Shown here in pieces: positions 15,678 through 24,868 of a stretch of 64,000 nucleotides of DNA (within the stretch, counting starts at the first letter, position 1; each line of letters opens with the position of its first letter). The position numbers were made by a program, and so were the translations under genes. The notes under the pieces were generated by a model, which had not been told where the DNA came from, did no database searches, and was given only the letters and a program-made list of their open reading frames with translations. The stretch is from Desulfatiglandales bacterium (lineage in GTDB: Bacteria; Desulfobacterota; DSM-4660; Desulfatiglandales; B25-G16): assembly GCA_035527895.1 (NCBI GenBank), contig DATKZQ010000199.1, forward strand, positions 944-64,943, written 5' to 3'.

Positions 15678-18430
15678 TACGCCGCCAATGCCTCATTCAT
15701 TTCATCAATAATCCGATCCATGTCATCGCCGAACAACTGAAGCATTTTTCCAATGCCACCCTTGCCGTCAAAGGGGGCATAATCCAGATCATCCTTTTCA
15801 ATATGCACGGAACTGATGATGTGATCCTTGACCATGCGCAACCATGTCATCTGTTCCTCGGAGAATTTCAGGGGCCCGGCCTGTTTTTCAAACACCCATT
15901 TCTGAAAGTTTCGGTTGACCGTCTGTTCAAATGAGGTCAGCGTGTCATCGATGCCGGTGATACGTCTGATCAAGGAAACCAGTGCGGTGAGTTCGTTTTT
16001 CGGGGATTTGCCGTTCACCTTTTCCACCTGTTCGTATGCCTGCCAGACCCGCGCCGGGGCAAGTCGGGGCTTGTTCTGTTTTAGGGTTTCGAGCACCGCT
16101 TTGATCATGTCATAGGTGATATCTCTGCGGTTATACGGTTGGTTGTAAAAGATGGAAAGGGCCGTGATCTCATCCTTGTGAGCTTCCATAAAGGTTTTAA
16201 AATCCTCTATGGTTTCTTCCGCCTTTACCTTGGCCTGCTGATCCCATCCGGTGTATTGCAGCTCGTCGAGGTTGATGCCGTCGATAATCTGCTCATGGGA
16301 GGTGCGGACGTTTTCGATAAATTCGTTCAATTCACCGGTAAATGTGTCTCTGGCGCGGTTGATCAATTCTTTTTGGGCATCCTGCTTTTCATCCTCATCC
16401 GGCTCCGTATCCGGTGGCAGGTTGAACTTTTCCTTCGCAGTTTCAATAATTTTATCTGGATTATACGCGTCCAGCAGTTCATGAACCAGTTTATTGATAG
16501 TCTTTCCGTCCGACAATTGCTTCAATTTATTCCGTTCATCTTCCGTGATCTGTTTTTCCAGCCGGGCCAGGCGGCCTGCCAGCGACGTATAGGTGTCTTC
16601 ATCGGTTTGCCCCATCAACACCGCCTGGAGGAGATCTTTTAGGGGAACCGATTTTTTCCGCTCAAGGGGCCGGCTGTCAGTTTTGACGGACTTGCTGACC
16701 GCCACGGCATCAACGATAACAAATCCTGTTTTGCTGGTATGAACCGAAGGGGTAACCTTTTTCAGATCGTCATATCCCAGGGTGCGGGTCCCCCTGCCTT
16801 TCATCTGCTCAAAATAGTTCCTGGATCTGACATCCCGCATGAACACCAAGCATTCCAGGGGCTTGACATCCGTACCGGTGGCGATCATGTCAACGGTTAC
16901 GGCAATCCTGGGGTAATAATCATTGCGGAAAGACGCCAGCACGTATTTGGGATCTTCGTCCGCCTTGTATGTGACTTTTTTGCAAAACGCGTTTCCCTCG
17001 GCAAATTCTTCGCGCACGATGTTGATGATATCGTCGGCATGGCTGTCGGTCTTTGCAAAAATGAGCGTTTTGGGGACTTCCCCACGCCCGGGAAACATTT
17101 CCGGCAGATTATCCCGAAAGGCTTTGATCACATTTCTGATCTGGCTTGGGTTGACCACATCCCGGTCAAGGTCGTTTCCGTTGTATATCACTTCTTCATC
17201 GAGTTGCTCCCACCGCTTTTTACGGGTCAGGCGGTCCCGTTTATCCACCCATTGCTCGGCAACCAGTTTGCTGCCGTCTTTGGTGATCCTGGTTTCAATA
17301 AGATAGGTGTCAAATCCGACATTGACCCCGTCGGCCACTGCTTCTTCATGCCGGTATTCGCTGACCACGTTTTCATTGAAAAAGCCGAATGTCCGCTTAT
17401 CCGGAGTTGCGGTCAACCCGATGTAAAAGGCGTCAAAATAATCCAGTACCTGCTTCCACAGGTTGTAGATGGAGCGGTGACATTCATCGATCACGATGAA
17501 ATCAAAAAATTCGGGCGGGACGTTTTCATTGTATTCAACTTCCCGGGGTCGTCCCAACTCCCCGTATTCATGGGGATTGGTCTGTTCCGCGGTTTCATCG
17601 AGTTCTTCCCCCTTGAGGATGGAATACATCCGCTGGATGGTACTGATGCATACCTGACTGTCCGGCGGGACATATTTCGAGTTCAGCCTCCGGACGTTAT
17701 AAAGTTCCGTGAATTTCCGGTTGTCGTCACTCGGCGTATACCCCATGAACTCCTGTTCGGCCTGCTCCCCCAGGTTTTTGGTATCCACTAGGAACAGGAC
17801 GCGTTCGGCATCCGCAAAATTGAGCAGACGATAAATAGCAGTGATGGCGGTGAAGGTTTTTCCGCTGCCGGTTGCCATCTGGATCAAGGCACGTGGTCTG
17901 TTTTCCCTGAATGATTTTTCAAGATTGGTAATTGCTCTGATCTGGCAATCCCACAGCCCTTCAACAGGCAAATTGGGCAAATGCTGCAATCGCTGCCGCA
18001 GGCTGGTTTTCTGCCTTATCCTGTCTTTTAATGTTTTCGGATGGTGAAATGAAAAGACATGCCTTGCGCGGGGTTTGGGGTCCCGCAGATCGGTATACCG
18101 TGTTAATATGCCGGTGCTTTCATAAACAAACGGGAGCGGTCGGCTGTCTGCAAACCATTTCAGTTTGCTTTGGGCATAATATTCCGCCTGCTGTTCATGA
18201 ACGCTCAGGCGGTGACCTTCCTCTTCTTTTTTGGCTTCAATCACACCGATGGGTTCACGATCAACAAACAGGACATAATCAGCAGGACCGACATCGGTCT
18301 GATATTCACGAATCGCAAGCCCCGGGCCGAGGCTCCAGTTGATTGCATTCTTGTCAACAACCACCCAGCCGCACCGTTCGAGCATTTTGTCTATGTTGTC
18401 TCTAGCTTTTTGTTCGGGTGTTCTGTTCAT
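15677..18430 (-). CDS. hsdR: Type I restriction enzyme R subunit HsdR (EcoEI/EcoAI-like C-terminus)
   Basis: N-terminal nuclease region (ADYVLF...IGVIEAKK), Walker A ATGSGKT, DEAH-like VIDECHRS, helicase C motifs. The stop overlaps the hsdS start (TAATG). Confidence 0.9.
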   Translation of the reverse strand: MNRTPEQKARDNIDKMLERCGWVVVDKNAINWSLGPGLAIREYQTDVGPADYVLFVDREPIGVIEAKKEEEGHRLSVHEQQAEYYAQSKLKWFADSRPLPFVYESTGILTRYTDLRDPKPRARHVFSFHHPKTLKDRIRQKTSLRQRLQHLPNLPVEGLWDCQIRAITNLEKSFRENRPRALIQMATGSGKTFTAITAIYRLLNFADAERVLFLVDTKNLGEQAEQEFMGYTPSDDNRKFTELYNVRRLNSKYVPPDSQVCISTIQRMYSILKGEELDETAEQTNPHEYGELGRPREVEYNENVPPEFFDFIVIDECHRSIYNLWKQVLDYFDAFYIGLTATPDKRTFGFFNENVVSEYRHEEAVADGVNVGFDTYLIETRITKDGSKLVAEQWVDKRDRLTRKKRWEQLDEEVIYNGNDLDRDVVNPSQIRNVIKAFRDNLPEMFPGRGEVPKTLIFAKTDSHADDIINIVREEFAEGNAFCKKVTYKADEDPKYVLASFRNDYYPRIAVTVDMIATGTDVKPLECLVFMRDVRSRNYFEQMKGRGTRTLGYDDLKKVTPSVHTSKTGFVIVDAVAVSKSVKTDSRPLERKKSVPLKDLLQAVLMGQTDEDTYTSLAGRLARLEKQITEDERNKLKQLSDGKTINKLVHELLDAYNPDKIIETAKEKFNLPPDTEPDEDEKQDAQKELINRARDTFTGELNEFIENVRTSHEQIIDGINLDELQYTGWDQQAKVKAEETIEDFKTFMEAHKDEITALSIFYNQPYNRRDITYDMIKAVLETLKQNKPRLAPARVWQAYEQVEKVNGKSPKNELTALVSLIRRITGIDDTLTSFEQTVNRNFQKWVFEKQAGPLKFSEEQMTWLRMVKDHIISSVHIEKDDLDYAPFDGKGGIGKMLQLFGDDMDRIIDEMNEALAA

Positions 18431-18450
18431 GTTAAGATTTTCTCATTTTC

Positions 18451-18584
18451 TCATAACGCGGAGGTGAGGGGCCGGGCGGCATTTTGAGATAAAGCTTTCC
18501 GGCCCTTACTCATGCCCCTAAAAGAAGTACATGCGTTGAAACGACACCTGAATAGCCCGGTCCCTCTCTACCGCCTTGTTGTGC
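18451..18584 (-). mobile_element. attC site (134 bp) immediately upstream of hsdR
   Basis: TCATAAC (18451-18457) ... GTTGTGC (18578-18584). Arms are GCGGAGGTGAGGGGCCGGG / CCCGGTCCCTCTCTACCGC. The right box is 9 nt from the stop of 18594..19019, and the hsdR ATG lies 20 nt beyond the left box. Confidence 0.65.
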
Positions 18585-18593
18585 AGATCCACA

Positions 18594-19019
18594 TTATTGA
18601 TTCATCGTTCTTAGTAGATCGAGCCACACTTCTTGCTTCTGCTTTGACATGTTGCCCTTGATCTTTGTCAGTCCGAAGACGATCACTTGGTCGGCCTCGA
18701 TTGCAAGGTTTTTCTTATCCCGATATACATTGTCAATCTCATCCAACAATGCCTGTAAATTTCCCTTGCCAACAAAGTCCCTATACTTCGACTTACCAAG
18801 ATCGGCAATCTCTTGATGGTTGATACAGTCGATGTCTCGGAGTCCAACCAATATGCCTCGATATGCACCTTTAAGATATCCGGCCAAATAAAATACCTTT
18901 GAAGGCTTGTCTAAAGCTAACCATTTCGTACCATCAATGAGGAATGCTTCTTGCGCATATGCCGCATTGGTTACGAGGATTATTGACAACAGGACGAATA
19001 CGAAGGATAGACGTCTCAT
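18594..19019 (-). CDS. Secreted hypothetical protein (141 aa)
   Basis: Signal-peptide-like N-terminus MRRLSFVFVLLSIILVTNAAYAQ. Single ORF between two attC sites. Confidence 0.55.
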   Translation of the reverse strand: MRRLSFVFVLLSIILVTNAAYAQEAFLIDGTKWLALDKPSKVFYLAGYLKGAYRGILVGLRDIDCINHQEIADLGKSKYRDFVGKGNLQALLDEIDNVYRDKKNLAIEADQVIVFGLTKIKGNMSKQKQEVWLDLLRTMNQ

Positions 19020-19038
19020 AATTTGCTCCTATTCGTGT

Positions 19039-19092
19039 GCACAACGCAAAACTCACCAGCGGTTTACCGTCTGGTGGAGTGAATGGTTATAA
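19039..19092 (-). mobile_element. attC site
   Basis: GCACAAC (19039-19045) ... GTTATAA (19086-19092). Arms are CTCACCAGCGG / CCGTCTGGTGGAG. The ATG of 18594..19019 lies 20 nt beyond the left box. Confidence 0.65.
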
Positions 19093-19202
19093 GGAGGTGT
19101 ATTTTGTTTAAGATCGTCATTGATCGAAAACTCAACGAAGACCAAGTCAACGAGGTTGTTAAAAAAATCTCAAGAGATGTCGAAAAGAAAGTCCTTTACT
19201 GC

Positions 19203-19472
19203 CTATTGGGGAGGCCAGAGTTTAAAAAACCCGATAACGGCAATGACGAACCCAGCGACTGTGGCAGCACCAAGGATGATATTCAACCAAAACACTTTTT
19301 TTCCAAGGCGGTCACTGGATACTGCTGCCGATTCAATCGATTCTATTAGGGGATTCAAATTGAGTTCGAGTAATCTCATCATGATCCTATCCCGATACAG
19401 GGAACCTTGTTCCTCGTATCCAAGGGCGTTCAGTAAAATTTCTTTATTGGTTTCCGTGGAGTATTTAGGCAT
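19203..19472 (-). CDS. Small tail-anchored membrane protein (89 aa)
   Basis: C-terminal TM helix VFWLNIILGAATVAGFVIAVIGFF and a GGAGAA RBS-like sequence. It overlaps longer plus-strand ORFs that look spurious. Confidence 0.4.
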   Translation of the reverse strand: MPKYSTETNKEILLNALGYEEQGSLYRDRIMMRLLELNLNPLIESIESAAVSSDRLGKKVFWLNIILGAATVAGFVIAVIGFFKLWPPQ

Positions 19473-19976
19473 GGGTTCTCCTTATAACATTAATACTATA
19501 CTGCCGAAAAGGCGTAATTTTTTACGATTCCAAATCCAGAAGGCCGAATAAAGCACATAAATTCAATATCTTATTTTGCGGCTTTGTATTATAGGCGCAA
19601 ATGAATACGCCTTACAGTCCTTTTTATCAGCGGTGGTTGAGAGCAGGATTTCAGGTGTGAGCTGAGTATGCGATAGAGAGTGCGATGGTTCGTGCATCGC
19701 GTGATAAGGAGAAATGGAATCGCGGTTTCGCATGAGCTGTCATGCTGAAGTAGGATTCTGTTTTAAGTCAGCAGATTTCTACCATATTGCTGCGCTATAA
19801 GCAAGAAGGAAAGACCCGGCGGCTCTGCCGCCGGCAAGTTGGAAGTTCGAAAAGGCGAAATGAAGCTCCCTGCAGTAAACTGCAGGGTATCAAGCGGAAT
19901 TGCATGGAAATCCGATCTTTAACTTGGCTTCCTGACACCGCGCCTGCAACCAATCAGTCTAAGGTACAAATCTCCT

Positions 19977-20843
19977 TTAGACAAACCTTATCCTTGAAAC
20001 AATATCCAGGAAAAACTCCTGGGACCAGATGGACAGGGTCTCCGGATTCTTGACAAAAGGCTCCACCTCCTTGCGGGCCTGCTCTACATTGAGACTATTT
20101 ATCGCATGAATCAGCAGATCTTTAAACCGCTCCAATGTCAAAGGTGTATCTTCTTTCCAATCCCCGGTCTGTCGCATGCGTTGTTCAAGATGATAGAGGT
20201 GCAGCTCGGGATGATGGGCAGCATACCACACGAGATCATACCAGTCCCGGCCCTTAACCCTGCCTTTCCATCTTCGGCATAGAATGGCGTGCATTTTCCC
20301 CGCAAATAGGTCTGGAAGCACAAAGGCACGCACCGAAAAAGGAATGGGCTGCAAGAGGTAACGCGTCTGTGTAGCGAAACCCGATGGCGGGTCGGTATCC
20401 ACTTCCAGCTTTATCTTCAAAATCCGGCCCTTGGGAATCGCCTTAACTATCTCCTCACCTGTTTCGATAACGAGGAGTTGAGTCCGCGTATTTGCCTTGA
20501 GAAAGGCAGATTGTATAGGAGTCTGTGCTGCCTTGTCGATTTTTTCAATCTGTATATCAAAGCCAAAACCATTGATTTCCCTTTCGAGGAAGCCAGTAAA
20601 ACTCGTGATGTCAAAAGTGACTGAGGGCTCCAGTAGAGAAAAATCCATGTCTTCGGAAAATCGGTCTAATCCGTAAAGAACGCGCAAAGTGGTCCCGCCG
20701 TAGAAGGCCGCCTTTTCAAAAAGCTTGCTGCGCCAGAGTCCCAGCAGGGCTATATCTTGTAGGATTTCACGCAAGGCGTTTATGTAATCATTAAGCCCGC
20801 GGCATTCATATTTGGAAAGCATTCGGGCAATTGCTTCATGCAT
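19977..20843 (-). CDS. AbiEii/AbiGii-family nucleotidyltransferase toxin (type IV TA)
   Basis: LFEKAAFYGGTTLRVLYGLDRFSEDMDFSL is the typical AbiEii (DUF1814) N-terminal NTase motif. It lies directly downstream of an AbiEi-like gene. Confidence 0.8.
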   Translation of the reverse strand: MHEAIARMLSKYECRGLNDYINALREILQDIALLGLWRSKLFEKAAFYGGTTLRVLYGLDRFSEDMDFSLLEPSVTFDITSFTGFLEREINGFGFDIQIEKIDKAAQTPIQSAFLKANTRTQLLVIETGEEIVKAIPKGRILKIKLEVDTDPPSGFATQTRYLLQPIPFSVRAFVLPDLFAGKMHAILCRRWKGRVKGRDWYDLVWYAAHHPELHLYHLEQRMRQTGDWKEDTPLTLERFKDLLIHAINSLNVEQARKEVEPFVKNPETLSIWSQEFFLDIVSRIRFV

Positions 20844-20849
20844 GGTTGC

Positions 20850-21500
20850 CTACCTTTTTGCCTGGCGGTGGATGCGACGAACCAGTTCACTGAGCAGCCT
20901 GATTTTTCGAGACTGGTAGCGTTGCGCAATGGCATCAAGTTCCATCGGCTTTAGCTCCCGCAGTACTGCCAGATCTATCCGGAGATTTGTCTCAAGATAA
21001 TTGCTCAGTTCCTTTTGTGATTGAATTGCTATCCCCCAAACATCATAAAGCTTATCGGCCAATGCCTTTGCCGGCGTGGCCATTAGGAAAGCGCGGCCAT
21101 CACCGATTTCAATCTGGTCCATTCCCATGCGGAAGGCCTCAAGAGGGATCATGCGATAGGTGAAAAGGCCGACCGATGTGGCAAACCGGCGGGACCGACC
21201 CGTGGTCACGGAGGTCACAGCCTCAACTCGCTCCGGGATGAGACCATAATGCTGTAATGCATAATCTAACGATATATAAGACGGCCCGTAAATGAGATTG
21301 CCCAGAATCTCCCGCGAAAAAGGCCTGCGCCGGTATTCATTTCCAAAAACGTAGAGCCCCTTTTTGATCCTTATGATACTGCCCTTTCTCAGCAGATCGG
21401 AGATCTTGTCTCTGGGGCGTACATAGCTCTTGAGACAGTCCAGAAGGGTCTGGTAGTCGAACTCCTCTTGCGGGATTGCCTTTCTAATAGTCTGTATCAT
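20850..21500 (-). CDS. AbiEi-family antitoxin / transcriptional regulator
   Basis: N-terminal wHTH-like DKISDLLRKGSIIRIKKGLYVF plus a C-terminal AbiEi domain. There is a 6-nt gap to the toxin gene. Confidence 0.75.
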   Translation of the reverse strand: MIQTIRKAIPQEEFDYQTLLDCLKSYVRPRDKISDLLRKGSIIRIKKGLYVFGNEYRRRPFSREILGNLIYGPSYISLDYALQHYGLIPERVEAVTSVTTGRSRRFATSVGLFTYRMIPLEAFRMGMDQIEIGDGRAFLMATPAKALADKLYDVWGIAIQSQKELSNYLETNLRIDLAVLRELKPMELDAIAQRYQSRKIRLLSELVRRIHRQAKR

Positions 21501-21570
21501 TCGAATGAGTTTGTGTTTGTTTAGTGCTCGGCTCCGGAAGGTACCAAGTATGTGAAAATACCATTTTCCA

Positions 21571-21605
21571 GCATAGTATGTCGAGCAAATTTCGACATAC
21601 TATGC
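21571..21605. promoter_or_regulatory. Perfect 14-bp-arm palindrome upstream of abiEi (candidate operator)
   Basis: GCATAGTATGTCGA-gcaaatt-TCGACATACTATGC, located 71-105 nt upstream of the abiEi ATG. Confidence 0.45.
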
Positions 21606-21823
21606 AAAAAATCGAAAACATGGGAGTTAAAGTTGCTGCAGAGGATGATTTCCGAAAGAAATAACAATGAGAAGAGCACTGACAGTCACCGCATTATCCG
21701 GCCTTGTGCTACCTGCAATTAGAGCGTATCTTGAATGTTACGAGATGATTTTCAGACCTTTATTTCATCCATTCAGTTGCCCTTAACGTGCGCTGTATCA
21801 ATCGCTAAGGCTCCACCTGATCT

Positions 21824-22360
21824 CTATTTGCCCAAGAGAAGTATGTTAAGAAACTCGGTCGGCTCTATGGCAGTAACCGAATGATAGTCTTTTCCGTCGT
21901 GATAGATGAGATCACCTTCGTTGAGTTCATAATCCTTATTGCCGTACCTGAATATGTCTTTTCCTTTTATAATGTACGTGAGCTCAACCCCTTCGTTTTT
22001 ATGTTTGCTGATAAATTCGCCCTCCTCTGCCTTACCGAGGGTAACGGAAATATTCTCATCTAGAGCGCCCTTAGGAGCAAGGATTGTCAAATCCATCTTG
22101 TCGCTCTTGATCACGGGCTGCGCATCCCTTTTGATCAGAATGACCGATCGCTCCCCCGCCACAAATGAGGAGATGGGATAGTTTAGATGATAGGCTATCT
22201 CGGATAAAAGAGCTACCGAGGGGCTTACCTTGCCTGTTTCTATCCGGTGTATCGTTAGGAGAGTTACGCCCACCTTTTCAGCAAGCACCTTCATTGAAAG
22301 CCCAGCGTTCTTTCTTATCTCACGGATTTTGTTTCCTAGTTCTATTTGGCTATGTCTCAT
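21824..22360 (-). CDS. XRE-family HTH plus cupin-domain transcriptional regulator
   Basis: HTH_3-like LGNKIREIRKNAGLSMKVLAEKVGVTLLTIHRIETGK and a C-terminal cupin (GDLIYHDGKDYHS). Confidence 0.8.
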   Translation of the reverse strand: MRHSQIELGNKIREIRKNAGLSMKVLAEKVGVTLLTIHRIETGKVSPSVALLSEIAYHLNYPISSFVAGERSVILIKRDAQPVIKSDKMDLTILAPKGALDENISVTLGKAEEGEFISKHKNEGVELTYIIKGKDIFRYGNKDYELNEGDLIYHDGKDYHSVTAIEPTEFLNILLLGK

Positions 22361-22490
22361 AGCATAGTTAACCCTCTCGTATAAATCTTGAATCGTGCTA
22401 CGATATCCTCATCGCGCCGACTTCATTATCACCTTTACCTTGATGACTCACTCATTAATTTCACTTCTTTGCCTTTTCCCAAAGTCCAGG

Positions 22491-23036
22491 CTACCTGTCA
22501 ACACCAATATCGGCTGTCGGCTCCCCTTCATTCACTCTGAATTCCTGTATCTTTCTTGTTAGATGGACAACGAGCGATAATACAAAAGTGAGCCATCCTA
22601 ACCAAATAAACAACTGGGGTATCCATAATGGTGTCTGCATGATGGTAGATGAGAGCATATGTATTTGATAATTGCCATAACAGAATTTGAAGCTTTGCCA
22701 GAATAGTAGTCCGGCCACACAAATGGCAATTGAGGTCGTGACCGCCTCCAATACCTTTCGCGTTCTATATGACAAATACTTCACACCTGCGGTAACCGAA
22801 ACGTGGGCCCCCTTTCTAAGAGCGTATGAAAACGCCAAGAATCCCATGCCTACAAAAAGATAGCCGGAGTATTCTTCAACAAAGTGAAAGGGATAGTTGA
22901 ATAAATACCTAGATATTGTCCCCGGAACAATGAGGGCTAATAAAAGCACAAGGAATATCCCCCCTAATGTGATGCACATATTCTCCAGGAGCCTAATCAT
23001 TCTGAAAAGAAGGCCTATTTCATCTTTTGCTTTCAT
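22491..23036 (-). CDS. TRAP transporter small permease (DctQ family)
   Basis: Four hydrophobic helices and the DctQ-like RYLFNYPFHFVEEYSGYLF. I chose the start at the internal Met MKAKDE; the track ORF extends to 23078. Confidence 0.7.
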   Translation of the reverse strand: MKAKDEIGLLFRMIRLLENMCITLGGIFLVLLLALIVPGTISRYLFNYPFHFVEEYSGYLFVGMGFLAFSYALRKGAHVSVTAGVKYLSYRTRKVLEAVTTSIAICVAGLLFWQSFKFCYGNYQIHMLSSTIMQTPLWIPQLFIWLGWLTFVLSLVVHLTRKIQEFRVNEGEPTADIGVDR

Positions 23037-23093
23037 CTTGTCTGCTCGGTTTGCTTTTAATCTGCAATGCAGCTGCATGGGGTTGTGACGGGT

Positions 23094-24710
23094 TCATCGT
23101 CTCCTCAGCACCTTTGCTGATCTATTCCCCGTCGATCTACCCCTTTCTATTGCAAGCCCTCCGTTAACTAAAAGATATTCCACGCCTTCAGCGTACTGCC
23201 GCGGTTCCGTGTAGGTAGCTTTATCCGTGAATCGATCTAGATCAAACACCACTACGTCCGCTTTCATCCCTTCCTTGATGAACCCTCTATCAGCAAGTCC
23301 CAAAGTCGTAGAAGCAAGGCCTGTCATCTTATTGATAACCGACTCCAACTCAATCTGCTTTCCCTCTTTGTAGTATTTACTGATGACTTTCGGAAAAGTG
23401 CCCCAACTCCTGGGATGAAGGCTTATAGACTCAATTCTGCTCTCTTTGGATGAGTTAACTCCGTCTGCACCAATCATTGTGTAAGGCCACAGAAACGTTG
23501 CTAACGTGTCGTCTTCTGAATATATCCACTCCAATACCACAACCTTAAAGAGATCTTCCCCTTCATCCGCCAGCACATCGAGGAATGCCTCTTGCGGGTC
23601 CTTGCCCATCATATTGCCGATTTCAGTCAAACGTTTGCCTTTGAATTTAGAATTAGGGTCAGCCGGAACTGGTTCATTTCTAAACCAGAATTCATCCCAA
23701 TCAAGATGACTGAATTGGGATCTCATGTCCTTCAGAATCCGTGCTCGTTCACCCTTATCGGTCAACCGCCGGGTGGTCTCTTTTGTGCCTCCTTCAAATA
23801 CCCATGGGGGCAGCAGTGAAGCCAGAAAGGTCATAGCTGCCATGTATGGGTGAACGTCACAGGCTACGTTGAAACCCTCATCACGAGCCTTTTGCATCAT
23901 ATCGATAACCCGCTGGCTGACCCCGGTGTTAGGGAACTTGGGAGCTATGTGTGACACCTGAAGATCCACCCCCGTTGCCCTTGCAACGTCAAGCGCCTCC
24001 TGAAGGGACTCCACCAAAGTAGGACCTGCCCTGAGGGTATCACCTCTCAAATGTGAAGAATAGATTCCTCCTTTCTTAGCGACGATGGCACAGAGATCCT
24101 GCAGCTCTTGTGTAGTAGAATTTATGCCCGGAGGGTAGACTAGGCCTGAAGACATACCGAACGCCCCCTGTTTGAGAGCGTCCATGAGCAGGCGTCGCAT
24201 TTCCCCTTGCTCTTCCTTTGTCGGCTGTCGTGCGTCAAAACCCATCACTGCAATTCGTATAGATCCATGACCGACAAGTGGCACGACATTGACGCCAAGA
24301 CCGTCTTTTTCTAGCTCTCTCGCATAACCATCAAAATCTTCCCAATCTAATGAATGGGAATGATTATACCCAAGCCCCACAAGGTATGACTCCAGTAATA
24401 CCCTGTATTCGGCAACTACCGGATAACAAGACAGCCCGCAGTTCCCAAAAACCACTGTTGTTACCCCTTGATGCTGGGCGCTTGGTGCGTCTCGATCAAC
24501 CAAAAGGCTATAGTCGGAATGATCCTGCATATCGATGAAGCCAGGGGAAACAATGAGACCCGATGCGTCAATGACAGTAACACCGGGTGGCACGGTGAGG
24601 TGTTCCTGAATTTTCGATATTTCTTCACCTCTAATAGCAATATCTGATGCATATCGAGGATTCCCAGTACCGTCAATGATTGTACCGTATTTAATAATAA
24701 GGTCATACAT
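23094..24710 (-). CDS. N-acyl-D-amino-acid deacylase (D-aminoacylase)-family amidohydrolase
   Basis: YDLIIKYGTIIDGTG...IAIRGEEI...SPGFIDMQDHSD plus the family-typical C-terminal beta-barrel segment (ADVVVFD...GVEYLLVNG). Confidence 0.7.
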   Translation of the reverse strand: MYDLIIKYGTIIDGTGNPRYASDIAIRGEEISKIQEHLTVPPGVTVIDASGLIVSPGFIDMQDHSDYSLLVDRDAPSAQHQGVTTVVFGNCGLSCYPVVAEYRVLLESYLVGLGYNHSHSLDWEDFDGYARELEKDGLGVNVVPLVGHGSIRIAVMGFDARQPTKEEQGEMRRLLMDALKQGAFGMSSGLVYPPGINSTTQELQDLCAIVAKKGGIYSSHLRGDTLRAGPTLVESLQEALDVARATGVDLQVSHIAPKFPNTGVSQRVIDMMQKARDEGFNVACDVHPYMAAMTFLASLLPPWVFEGGTKETTRRLTDKGERARILKDMRSQFSHLDWDEFWFRNEPVPADPNSKFKGKRLTEIGNMMGKDPQEAFLDVLADEGEDLFKVVVLEWIYSEDDTLATFLWPYTMIGADGVNSSKESRIESISLHPRSWGTFPKVISKYYKEGKQIELESVINKMTGLASTTLGLADRGFIKEGMKADVVVFDLDRFTDKATYTEPRQYAEGVEYLLVNGGLAIERGRSTGNRSAKVLRRR

Positions 24711-24792
24711 TTGTGCTCCCCTTGGAAATTGAAGTTAATGATACGTCCTAATTCTTACGAATTCTCCTTACTTGAACTATATCAAGCTGGCA

Positions 24793-24835
24793 GCAAGTTT
24801 GGTGGGAGAAGCGGTCTTATGCCCACCAAACTTGC
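24793..24835 (-). other. Perfect 14-bp stem-loop between dctP and the downstream amidohydrolase gene
   Basis: GCAAGTTTGGTGGG-15 nt-CCCACCAAACTTGC, 34 nt downstream of the dctP stop. No U-tract follows. Confidence 0.6.
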
Positions 24836-24868
24836 TCGAAAGCCAAATGCATTGAATATAGGCATTCC

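Noticed and set aside
16739-17791. 350-aa plus-strand ORF, plus 16139..16642
   Set aside because: Both are antisense to hsdR helicase motifs, with low-complexity translations and no RBS context. Shadow ORFs.
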